64,000 bases of DNA, from positions 8,798 to 72,797 of the forward strand of contig JAFXMW010000108.1 of the NCBI GenBank assembly GCA_017530105.1, read 5' to 3'. The position numbers and the translations under genes were made by a program. The first letter of the stretch is position 1. Each line of letters starts with the position of its first letter. Shown here piece by piece: positions 9,214-17,364 of this stretch. The DNA is from Bacteroidales bacterium (lineage in GTDB: Bacteria > Bacteroidota > Bacteroidia > Bacteroidales > P3). The notes under the pieces were generated by a model. It was not told where the DNA came from, made no database searches, and saw nothing but the letters and a program-made list of their open reading frames with translations.

Positions 9214-9798
9214 ATGAGTAATAAACACAAGAAAACGGTTGAAGCCATACCCGAAATGGAGGGGTATACGACAGAATGGAGAACAATTGGCATGCTCAAG
9301 GCCAATATTGTGGCACTTGTGGTGTTGGGTCTCTTCTGTTTGTTGGGAGTGGCGGGCATGTATGCCATTTGGGGCGGTTTTTCATTGGGCAACCCATGGA
9401 ACGGCATGCTGTTTATCGTAGGTTTCTGGGTAGGCGTTGTCGTGCACGAACTGATACATGGCTTTACTTGGATGTGGGCGACCCACAGCAGTTTCCGCCA
9501 TCTGCGCTTCGGGTTGTTGCGCGGAGGGGTCTACTGTCACATTGATGTGCCGATGAGCAAACGGAAATATGTGGTGGGGACCTTGATGCCCCTGCTTCTG
9601 TTGGGCTTGGTGCCTTTCTTGCTGTCGTTTGCCACAAACAGTCTTTGGCTGATGCTGTTTGGTGCCATCTTCATCGGCTGCGCCATGGGCGATGTGCTAA
9701 TTGTGTGGGCCATCCGCAAGGAAAGTCCCGACACACTAGTCTATGACCATCCTTCCGAACCCGGTTGTGTAATCTACCACCCCGTTTCACAGCGTTAG
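9214..9798 (+). CDS. DUF3267-like putative membrane zincin metallopeptidase
   Basis: An HELIHGFTW (HExxH) motif follows a transmembrane segment, with several further hydrophobic helices. Confidence 0.6.
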   Translation: MSNKHKKTVEAIPEMEGYTTEWRTIGMLKANIVALVVLGLFCLLGVAGMYAIWGGFSLGNPWNGMLFIVGFWVGVVVHELIHGFTWMWATHSSFRHLRFGLLRGGVYCHIDVPMSKRKYVVGTLMPLLLLGLVPFLLSFATNSLWLMLFGAIFIGCAMGDVLIVWAIRKESPDTLVYDHPSEPGCVIYHPVSQR

Positions 9799-9883
9799 GG
9801 CAGCAGGCCTTGTAGATAGGCGGCTCGCCCTATTTGTTGATAGAGTGCCAGAGGTGTTCCTTCAGGAGTTTGGAAGAATACAT

Positions 9884-9958
9884 GAAATTCTGCGGATATA
9901 ATCAGCAAAATATTATAATATTTTGTGGATTACACCCGCAGAATTCGGTGTTTTTATG
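9884..9958. repeat. 75-bp palindromic hairpin element, copy 1 (direct repeat of 11157-11231)
   Basis: gaaattctgcggatataatcagcaaaatattataatattttgtggattacacccgcagaattcggtgtttttatg. The outer stem is AATTCTGCGG/CCGCAGAATT and the central perfect palindrome is CAAAATATTATAATATTTTG, followed by T5. Confidence 0.9.
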
Positions 9959-9978
9959 TCGGGGTGACTATTGCTCAG

Positions 9979-11124
9979 CTACCTGTTGTTGGAAGGGGTG
10001 GTGGACAAATAGTCCATGTAGTTCTCTCGATGGATAGTGTGTATTTCTGTGTTTGGGTAGGCTGATAGAAATGACTTGCTGACTTTCGTTTTTTTGGTGG
10101 GGTTCCACTTGAATTCGTATGCTGTAAGTTTGCCCTCACAGTCTTCAACGTAATCGATTTCTTGTTGTTGAGTTGTACGCCAAAAGTAAGGCATAGCATA
10201 GCTGAGGGTGTAAGCATTCTTTTTGCGCAATTCGCTGACCATGTAGTTCTCCCACAAGGCGCCCACGTCGGCGCGGCTGTCGATGTCGGTGAAATTGCCT
10301 ATGAGAGCATTGCGTATGCCGTTGTCGTTGAAATATATCTTGCGGCCTGATTTGATTTCGGTGCGTAGGTTGCGGCTGTAGGTCCCAAGTCGGAAGATGA
10401 CCTGTGCCTCTTCCAGCAGGTTAATATACTTGTCAACAGTGGAACGGTCGAGTTCAACCATTTGGCTCAATTCGTTGGTGGATACTTCGCTGCCCACTTG
10501 ATATGCGAGGGCTTGCAGGAGCCGCACTATCTTGTCGGGGCGTTTGATGCGCTCCCAGATGAGGATATCTTTGTAGAGGTAGCTTTCGGTCAGGTTGTTC
10601 AGTATCTCTTTTTCGCTGCCGGGGTGGCATACTACGTCGGGATAACTGCCATATATCAGCCTTAAGGGAAGTTTTTTCCATTCTTGTAGAGCTCCGAAGT
10701 GTGTGGCCAGTTCGGAATAGGACAAGGGGAACAGTCGGTACTCCCATTTGCGTCCAGTCAGGGGCTCGTTCACCTTGTTTGCCAGGTCCAAAGAGGAGCT
10801 GCCTGTGACAATTAGTTGTATGTCGGGGAAGTTGTCGGTGACAAGTTTGCATTTCAGCCCTATGTCTGAAATACGTTGAGCCTCGTCAATAATTAAGATT
10901 CGGATGCCGCCCAACATGCTGCGATAGCGTTCTACGGTGATATTCTCCATCAAAGTGCGTGTCTCCAAATCATCACCGTTCAGCCAAAGTACATTTTCTT
11001 TCCCGCTGAAATGCTCTTTGAGCAAGGTGGTTTTCCCCACTTGGCGGGCACCAATTAGTATAATTGCCTTGCCTTGGAATAGCTTTTTTGTGACTATATC
11101 ACTAATTATCCGATTGATAGCCAT
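9979..11124 (-). CDS. AAA-family ATPase with DUF4143-type C-terminal domain
   Basis: Walker A GARQVGKTTL and Walker B LIIDEAQ. The ~380-aa architecture is typical of AAA_14+DUF4143 proteins. A candidate TATTTTTG box lies just upstream (~11148-11155, minus strand). Confidence 0.8.
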   Translation of the reverse strand: MAINRIISDIVTKKLFQGKAIILIGARQVGKTTLLKEHFSGKENVLWLNGDDLETRTLMENITVERYRSMLGGIRILIIDEAQRISDIGLKCKLVTDNFPDIQLIVTGSSSLDLANKVNEPLTGRKWEYRLFPLSYSELATHFGALQEWKKLPLRLIYGSYPDVVCHPGSEKEILNNLTESYLYKDILIWERIKRPDKIVRLLQALAYQVGSEVSTNELSQMVELDRSTVDKYINLLEEAQVIFRLGTYSRNLRTEIKSGRKIYFNDNGIRNALIGNFTDIDSRADVGALWENYMVSELRKKNAYTLSYAMPYFWRTTQQQEIDYVEDCEGKLTAYEFKWNPTKKTKVSKSFLSAYPNTEIHTIHRENYMDYLSTTPSNNR

Positions 11125-11156
11125 ATTCTTTGTTTATTTGTTCAGTGCAAAAATAC

Positions 11157-11231
11157 GAAATTCTGCGGATATAATCAGCAAAATATTATAATATTTTGTA
11201 GATTACACCCGCAGAATTCGGTATTTTTATG
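11157..11231. repeat. 75-bp palindromic hairpin element, copy 2
   Basis: Identical to 9884-9958 except for two G/A substitutions. It lies 9 nt past the stop of the second pepC-like gene. Confidence 0.9.
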
Positions 11232-11240
11232 CCAGAGAGG

Positions 11241-12674
11241 TTACTCTTCGGGGGCGAACATGGGATCCCATGCGGGGAGCATGATGGGTTTCTGGTCGAG
11301 CATGGCGCGGATGTTGGCGGGGATGTATTTCTCTTCCAGCACTACGCGGAACATGTATTCGTTGAACCAGTCGTTGGTCATGATGAGGAAGCCTTGGTAG
11401 CCGTAGCTGCTGCCCCAGCTGTTCTCGACCATCCATTTGAGAGGCTTGCCGTCCTTGTCGAGGTCGACGGCGCAGAGGGTCATGGCGTGGCTGCTGCCGG
11501 AGGCGAAGGTGCTGACGCGCTGCTTCTTGTTCATGCCGAAAGTGGTGCCGAAAAGCGAGGCGTAGTCATAGTTCTTTTCGTCCATGAAACCCTTGTCGCG
11601 GTTGAGGAATTTGCCTACGTCGCAGCTGAAGTACATCATGGTGCTGTCCTTGATGGAGGCGATGCACATGGGGGCGATGTCCTCCATGGGGAGGTTGAGG
11701 TAGCGCCAGTTCTGGCCGTCGTAGACGTGGCGGTCGTACTGGATTTCATACACCTTATAGTACTCGCGGGTGGGGTCGTTCATAATCATGAAATACTTGG
11801 AAAAGTCTGTCTTGGCGAATTTCTCGTAGAAGGACATGGGGGTGTAGGTGTCGGTGGAGACAATTTCGCCTTTGGCGTTTTTCTGCTGCCATGTGAATTG
11901 TGCGGGGGGCTCACCCATGGTGAGGGCCAGCATACGGTAAATGACACCCAGCATCTCGGTCTTCTTGGCCTGAATTCTCTCGGGGGTCATGCCTTTCTGA
12001 GCAGCCATTTCGCGCAACTGCAGGCCGTCCTCGCGCAGTTTGAGGGCCATGAGGTTGCTGATGCTGGAAGTGTTGTTGGTGTTGAAGGTCTCGGGCATCG
12101 CCTCGGCGGGCATGAGTCCGTATTTGTCAATGAGGTTGGCCACGCCGGTGAACTGGCCACCGTCGCCGATGGGGTTCTTGAAGAGCCATTCCACCTCTTT
12201 GCTGTCCATGGGCAGTTTATAGGTGTCGATGATGGCTTGGAGGAAGAGGTTGGCCTTTTCCAATTGGTCGTAGAAGAACAGGTAGGCCTGCGAGAACTGG
12301 AAATCGGCGGGCAGGTTGTGCTGGCGGATGGCTTTGTTGCGGAGCACATTCATGCCGGTGAACATCCAGCAGCGGCCCGAGGATTTTTGGTCGGTGATGG
12401 CTTTGCTTTCCACACGGTTGGAGAAGTGGCTGTCGAAAGCCGTGGCGTTCTCATAATTTAAAGCCAGCTTGGCGGGGCTGTTGGTGACGAGAATGTTGCG
12501 GAGAGCTTTGTCCGAAGCATTGCCGACGTAGCACTGTTTCATCTGTTTCATCATCTCGGTGGTGATGCCGCCGTTGTAAGGTTGAGCGGGAGTCTTGCCG
12601 CCTTTTTTCTGAGCCATGACGCCGCTGGAGAATATCAATGCGGCGAGGGCGAATGCGATGTATTTTGCTTTCAT
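11241..12674 (-). CDS. Second aminopeptidase C-type C1B cysteine peptidase with signal peptide
   Basis: SSGRCWMFTGMNVL active-site block. The N-terminus is MKAKYIAFALAALIFSSGVMAQ. Confidence 0.8.
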   Translation of the reverse strand: MKAKYIAFALAALIFSSGVMAQKKGGKTPAQPYNGGITTEMMKQMKQCYVGNASDKALRNILVTNSPAKLALNYENATAFDSHFSNRVESKAITDQKSSGRCWMFTGMNVLRNKAIRQHNLPADFQFSQAYLFFYDQLEKANLFLQAIIDTYKLPMDSKEVEWLFKNPIGDGGQFTGVANLIDKYGLMPAEAMPETFNTNNTSSISNLMALKLREDGLQLREMAAQKGMTPERIQAKKTEMLGVIYRMLALTMGEPPAQFTWQQKNAKGEIVSTDTYTPMSFYEKFAKTDFSKYFMIMNDPTREYYKVYEIQYDRHVYDGQNWRYLNLPMEDIAPMCIASIKDSTMMYFSCDVGKFLNRDKGFMDEKNYDYASLFGTTFGMNKKQRVSTFASGSSHAMTLCAVDLDKDGKPLKWMVENSWGSSYGYQGFLIMTNDWFNEYMFRVVLEEKYIPANIRAMLDQKPIMLPAWDPMFAPEE

Positions 12675-12708
12675 ATCGTGTAAAATTATTCTTTGTTATA
12701 CATCAGTT

Positions 12709-13821
12709 TTATTTCAGACCGAGGGCTTCCTTGATAGCGGGTTCAATATCGTTGCCGCGGATGTTGCGCTTGATGATGATGCCCTCTTTGTCGAGCAGCA
12801 GGATGGTGGGGATACTGTTCACGCCATAGTTATCGGTGGCGGTCTTGGTGGTGTCAATCAGCTGGGGATAGGTGATTCCGAGGTCCTCGACAGCCTTTTG
12901 GTGGTCGGGCAGTTTGTCCCACACATCGATGCCGATGATGTTCAGTCCCTTGGCATTGTACTTGTTGTACAGGCGCACCAGGTTCTCGCTGATTTCGCGG
13001 CGGCAGGGACCGCACCAGGAAGCCCAGAAATCGATAAGGGTTACCTGGTCATTGTTCAGCATGTTGGAGAGTTTTGTGGCCTCGCCGGAAGCAAAGTCAA
13101 TACCTTCAATATCCACATATTTCTTGCCTTCGCTGGTGTTGTCGATGTTGAAGAGCATCCTGCGCATCTTGCGTAAAGGTTCAAAATCGGTGATGACCTT
13201 TCCCGAATGGTTCATGATGCTGTCAAGTTTGTCGAAATTCATTCCCTCATATTCTACCATTTGGCTGAGGGCGTAGGCTCCCACAATATTATCCTTGTTT
13301 TGTTCATACACCTTGCGGTTCACATCCAGGTTGTGGGCATCCAGCAGGCTCTGCACCATGTTGTATTCGGTCACCAAGCCCACCTGTTCCTCGCCCGGGG
13401 CGGCGTTTTGGTACCTTGTCAAAATGTCGTGGATTTGGGCGTTCAGGCGTTCCGACACCGTGTCGGCAGTGAACGACTGGAAAAACAGGTCGTTCATGGG
13501 GGTGCCATAGAGCGAGTCGTTCACCAAGTTGATGTGGATGGTTCCCTTTTCAAGCACCACCACACTCCGGTACTGCTCCACCCCGTTGCTGGTGACGAGG
13601 GTGGCCAGCCTCGGTTCCTTAATCCTGTCGTTAAAGGAGAAAATGCCGTCGGCAATAACGGTGGAATCCTTTGTGTTTCCGTCGTTCATATCCACGAGAT
13701 AAACCGTGGCACCGTCGAATCCTGCAATGGGCATTTCACCCAAAATAGTGTACTTCTTCGTGCAGCCAGTGATTGTCACAAGCAATAGGGAAAGGGCTAA
13801 AACATTGAAAATCTTTTTCAT
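12709..13821 (-). CDS. TlpA-family thiol:disulfide oxidoreductase lipoprotein (thioredoxin fold with N-terminal DUF4369-like domain)
   Basis: DFWASWCGPCRRE (CxxC) motif. Lipoprotein signal LLLVTITGC. Confidence 0.8.
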   Translation of the reverse strand: MKKIFNVLALSLLLVTITGCTKKYTILGEMPIAGFDGATVYLVDMNDGNTKDSTVIADGIFSFNDRIKEPRLATLVTSNGVEQYRSVVVLEKGTIHINLVNDSLYGTPMNDLFFQSFTADTVSERLNAQIHDILTRYQNAAPGEEQVGLVTEYNMVQSLLDAHNLDVNRKVYEQNKDNIVGAYALSQMVEYEGMNFDKLDSIMNHSGKVITDFEPLRKMRRMLFNIDNTSEGKKYVDIEGIDFASGEATKLSNMLNNDQVTLIDFWASWCGPCRREISENLVRLYNKYNAKGLNIIGIDVWDKLPDHQKAVEDLGITYPQLIDTTKTATDNYGVNSIPTILLLDKEGIIIKRNIRGNDIEPAIKEALGLK

Positions 13822-13853
13822 GATATTAAGTTGTTATTATTATTTTCAAAATG

Positions 13854-13861
13854 CAAATATA
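13854..13861 (-). promoter_or_regulatory. Candidate -7 box (TATATTTG) for the TlpA-like gene
   Basis: The reverse complement of caaatata lies 33 nt upstream of ATG 13821. Confidence 0.4.
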
Positions 13862-13913
13862 CAACTTTTTCCCCGAACTTTCACAAAAAAACAAAAAGCC
13901 AAAGTCCACAGCT

Positions 13914-14115
13914 TTAAACCCAAATCGGTCATTAGGGTTTATGGCAGATTAGTATTTGTTTCGAGCAGATTGGCCACATCGCTGGCGAAGACGTAGCGGG
14001 CTACGGCGAGACAGGGATGTGGACAAGATGCCGAAAGAAATGCTGATATGGCATAAACAGACCTTAAAAAGCGAGAAAGGATATAAAAGTCGGCCTAATG
14101 ACCGATTTGGGTTAA
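13914..14115. mobile_element. MITE-like element, copy B (inverted relative to copy A)
   Basis: Same terminal inverted repeats as copy A. By-eye alignment of the reverse complement to copy A gives roughly 90% identity. Confidence 0.75.
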
Positions 14116-14148
14116 ACCTTGGCTTTTTGCTCATGTATCCAGATGTGT

Positions 14149-15564
14149 CTATCTCTCTTTGGGGTCAGAGTTGGAGGTTTTCATCACCTGTTTAGTGGCT
14201 GTGCCCTCGGGGGTGAGTATTTTTATCAGGTACAAGCCGTCGGCGTAAGGCGAAAGGTCAATCCTCGTGTTGCCGCCGTTGCCTGTGGCGGTAGAGACTA
14301 TTGTGCCGCGGGAGTCGTATACTTCTATCCGCTGGATATTATTGGGAGAGACCACCTCGACCACGGAAGAGGTGGGATTGGGATGTACACTTACTGTTGC
14401 CTCCACGTCGCCCGTGGCTCCCGGCTGGCAGTTGTAGCAGAAGGGTACTCCTGTGCCCCAGTCGCCATAGCGGTTGGCCACGCAGCGGGGACGCACAAAG
14501 GCACGGTACTGTATGCCGGGTTCCACGGTGGCAGAGGCATTCGCCTCGCTGCACTCCACTGCCGTGCCGCCGTCGGGCGAGGAGCCTTCGGGTACATAGG
14601 TGAATTCCCAGCCCCGATGCGACAAGGTGGAGTCGCTCCACTCAAAGTAAAAGGTGGCACCTTCCTGTTTGATGGTGCGCAGCCCTTCCACCGGGGTGCA
14701 GTTGGCAAAGACCGACCCATACTTGACAATGGGGAAAACCATTAAGTAGCTTTTTATTGCGGTGTCGCGCCATTCATGTAAGGTACCTATATATTGATAG
14801 GAGTCTCCAGGAGAATTATTTTGGGTAAGCAACCTGTAGCGGTATTTGAGTGCGGGAAAATTGTAGGACCTATGGGTGCAATGAAAGTTTATGTCACTTT
14901 GGCTAATACAATAATAATAATTATCATCGTAAGCCATATAAGAAGTTACATCTATAGGTCGTGTAGTGTCGGGGTGAATAGTAACCGCGACATAGAAAGA
15001 GTCTTCAACTGTTATTGGCTGGTCAAAATAGTATTCCCGGAATGCCATGTCATAATCATACATGAATGTTGTCACACAGTCACTGTATTTAGATCGCATG
15101 GTGGTATACATGCTACCTGAAGGGGTGCAAGGATCGTCGTATAATATATGTTTCCTTCCCAACAGAAGCATACTATCCCCCTCCCTTTTATACAAAGATA
15201 AAAACGCGTTAGGACAAAACGTGGTGTCAAGCATCTCCCGGGTAGGGGACCAATTGTATTTATAGTGATAACTACATAACCTAATACCTAATACAGACAA
15301 GGCCGTATCGGTATAAAAATATTTTGCAACGTCACCGCAAATTGTAAAAGGTTGCTCTAATGGATCTGTCCACCGTCCAGAATCACCGGTTGATACATCA
15401 GAAAGTAAAGTTGGAAGAATCATTTGTGCAGTATCGGCAATCAGATCTTCATACCACCAATAGTAAAAGAGATTGGTGTCGCGTGGAACAACAGGCACTT
15501 GGGCTGAAAGGGTCATCCCCCCGATAAGCATTAACAATAAACTTATTTTTTTCATGACATTCAA
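14149..15564 (-). CDS. Secreted protein of unknown function with Fn3-like module and T9SS type-A C-terminal sorting domain
   Basis: Signal peptide MKKISLLLMLIGGMTLSAQ. The C-terminus VHPNPTSSVVEVV...IEVYDSRGTIV...GLYLIKILTPEGTATKQV fits the T9SS CTD pattern. The N-terminal ~300 aa carry no motif I recognise. Confidence 0.65.
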   Translation of the reverse strand: MNVMKKISLLLMLIGGMTLSAQVPVVPRDTNLFYYWWYEDLIADTAQMILPTLLSDVSTGDSGRWTDPLEQPFTICGDVAKYFYTDTALSVLGIRLCSYHYKYNWSPTREMLDTTFCPNAFLSLYKREGDSMLLLGRKHILYDDPCTPSGSMYTTMRSKYSDCVTTFMYDYDMAFREYYFDQPITVEDSFYVAVTIHPDTTRPIDVTSYMAYDDNYYYCISQSDINFHCTHRSYNFPALKYRYRLLTQNNSPGDSYQYIGTLHEWRDTAIKSYLMVFPIVKYGSVFANCTPVEGLRTIKQEGATFYFEWSDSTLSHRGWEFTYVPEGSSPDGGTAVECSEANASATVEPGIQYRAFVRPRCVANRYGDWGTGVPFCYNCQPGATGDVEATVSVHPNPTSSVVEVVSPNNIQRIEVYDSRGTIVSTATGNGGNTRIDLSPYADGLYLIKILTPEGTATKQVMKTSNSDPKER

Positions 15565-15568
15565 TTTT

Positions 15569-16924
15569 TTATTTGCTACAATTTACGATAAAATAATTGG
15601 TTGTAATGGTAGGGAAATGGACTCTTGTCTCTGTTGCACCGTCTTTTACGTTTATTCCTGTTGCATTTCTTACAGAAGGGTAGGTCTGGCTCATGGTCTC
15701 ACCTCTTACAGCGGCACAGGTGCTGCTTATCGGCAGTTTCTGCAGGATTATGCCGAGGGTGGATGTCTGTGTTTTGCCGCATGCGGCGCAATGGTCAGTG
15801 CTGAGGGTGCAAATGGAATTGATATCAATGTCGGGGTGGTAAAACCGGCTGTTGCTTGTGCCGGCAGTGGAATACACCCCTACAAGGTAATTTCCAGAGG
15901 TGTTGCCGTTGCCAAGGTCGCACAAAAGTCCCGACGGGATGTTGTATACCATATCTTTGAAAATGTAATAGTTGCTGTTGCTAAGATTGTTTCCTGTGCG
16001 CTTGAACAGCACCGGTGAAATGGTGCCGCCTGTGTTCACCTGTAGTATGCCTGTTTCCTGTGCCGTGGCGGTTGTTCCGGGTTCACAATATGAGATGGAA
16101 AATTTATCTCCTGCAAGACCAGTTGCCGCCATGATGCCGTTGGGTTCGATGTAACCGTCTGTATCGAATCTGTTTGTCCCAGTAGTGCTTGATAGCGGGT
16201 CTCCGTTTCGTTCGAATGGCCGCATCATAATAAATCCTATACCAAACAGGTCGTAGGATGACCCTTTGTGAGCGACAGTTACAACGTAGTTGTCGGTAAG
16301 GGCGAGGTCGAGAAAAATGCCCTCCCCATAACCGCTCCCAGAAGAGACGGCTTTGTATGAATATGAATTGAAAGGATAGGGAATGTCGAAAACAGCAGAT
16401 GTCAAAATGTCGTTTTCGGTTTGATTACCTACCGCAATAATATGTACAATTCCGTCGAATGAATAAACCTCTGTTCGTGACAAAGAGATTGGTTTAAATA
16501 TTCTGCCAGAAGATTCGGAATATGGATGTAATTTGTTATATATTATATTTCCACCGGAATAGAACAGATTGTGAATCGGGAAAGCACCGGCAACAGCCTT
16601 AGTTGCATTTTTCACACCGTCCGGGTCCACTTTTTCTCCGACAAAATATACCCAGTCGTTCAATACTTTGAAATCTTTTATATGCATATCGACAGGAACA
16701 TCGGCGGTAAGCACGGTGGAACCGTTGGCGATGCCTGTCAACAAATGGAAGTAACCTCGGCCGCCAACCCCTTCGGCATAAATAATGAATTGATTTCCCC
16801 AAGCCCTGATAATGGAGTTGGTATTGGCCGTTGTGTTGATTTCTCCATAAACGCTGGCTTGCCCTAAGAGGTTTGTTGACAAAGTCAACAGGCATAGATA
16901 CAGGATGATACGATGTGCTTTCAT
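15569..16924 (-). CDS. Signal-peptide protein of unknown function (no CTD recognised)
   Basis: 451-aa ORF with N-terminus MKAHRIILYLCLLTLSTNLLGQ. It ends 4 bp upstream of the next gene's start. A TATATTTG box lies 27 nt upstream. Codon usage is AT-rich. Confidence 0.6.
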   Translation of the reverse strand: MKAHRIILYLCLLTLSTNLLGQASVYGEINTTANTNSIIRAWGNQFIIYAEGVGGRGYFHLLTGIANGSTVLTADVPVDMHIKDFKVLNDWVYFVGEKVDPDGVKNATKAVAGAFPIHNLFYSGGNIIYNKLHPYSESSGRIFKPISLSRTEVYSFDGIVHIIAVGNQTENDILTSAVFDIPYPFNSYSYKAVSSGSGYGEGIFLDLALTDNYVVTVAHKGSSYDLFGIGFIMMRPFERNGDPLSSTTGTNRFDTDGYIEPNGIMAATGLAGDKFSISYCEPGTTATAQETGILQVNTGGTISPVLFKRTGNNLSNSNYYIFKDMVYNIPSGLLCDLGNGNTSGNYLVGVYSTAGTSNSRFYHPDIDINSICTLSTDHCAACGKTQTSTLGIILQKLPISSTCAAVRGETMSQTYPSVRNATGINVKDGATETRVHFPTITTNYFIVNCSK

Positions 16925-16950
16925 GGTATGTGTCGTTTGTAATGACGATG

Positions 16951-16958
16951 CAAATATA
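16951..16958 (-). promoter_or_regulatory. Candidate -7 box (TATATTTG) for the 15569-16924 / 14149-15564 operon
   Basis: The reverse complement of caaatata. It is preceded on the minus strand by A7, A11 and A8 runs. Confidence 0.4.
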
Positions 16959-17063
16959 CGTTTTTTTATTGAATAATTTTTTTTTTTATTATTTTTTTTA
17001 TGAGTTGGTTATTTTGTTGTCATACAGCTATTTGTAAATGGTGGCTAAGAACTTTGAAGTTGG

Positions 17064-17176
17064 AGACTTCGCTACTTGTCCCTTAGTTCTCCCATATTTC
17101 TCCCATATTTCTCCCATCCAGGATGGGAGAAATATGGGAGAAATAAGCCTTTTGTAGCGGAGAAGGAGCGAAGTGT
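17064..17176. repeat. Decamer-palindrome element, copy 1 (inverted orientation relative to copies 2 and 3)
   Basis: ttctcccata x3, then tcc agg, then tatgggagaa x2, flanked by the outer inverted repeat CTTCGCT.../...AGCGAAG. Confidence 0.85.
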
Positions 17177-17364
17177 GGCACGATTTGGAAACAAACCTCT
17201 TTTGTCAAGCCTAAAGGCATGTATGAAATTCTAAAAAAATGTCACTGTCGTTTTCTTCTTTTTGATAGGGCTATCTGTTTGAGACAAAGGTTGTAGGGAA
17301 AGTGTCGGTGATGTTTTTCTTTTTCTTTGCGGGATGTTTTTTTAATTATGTCGGAAAAAATGGG

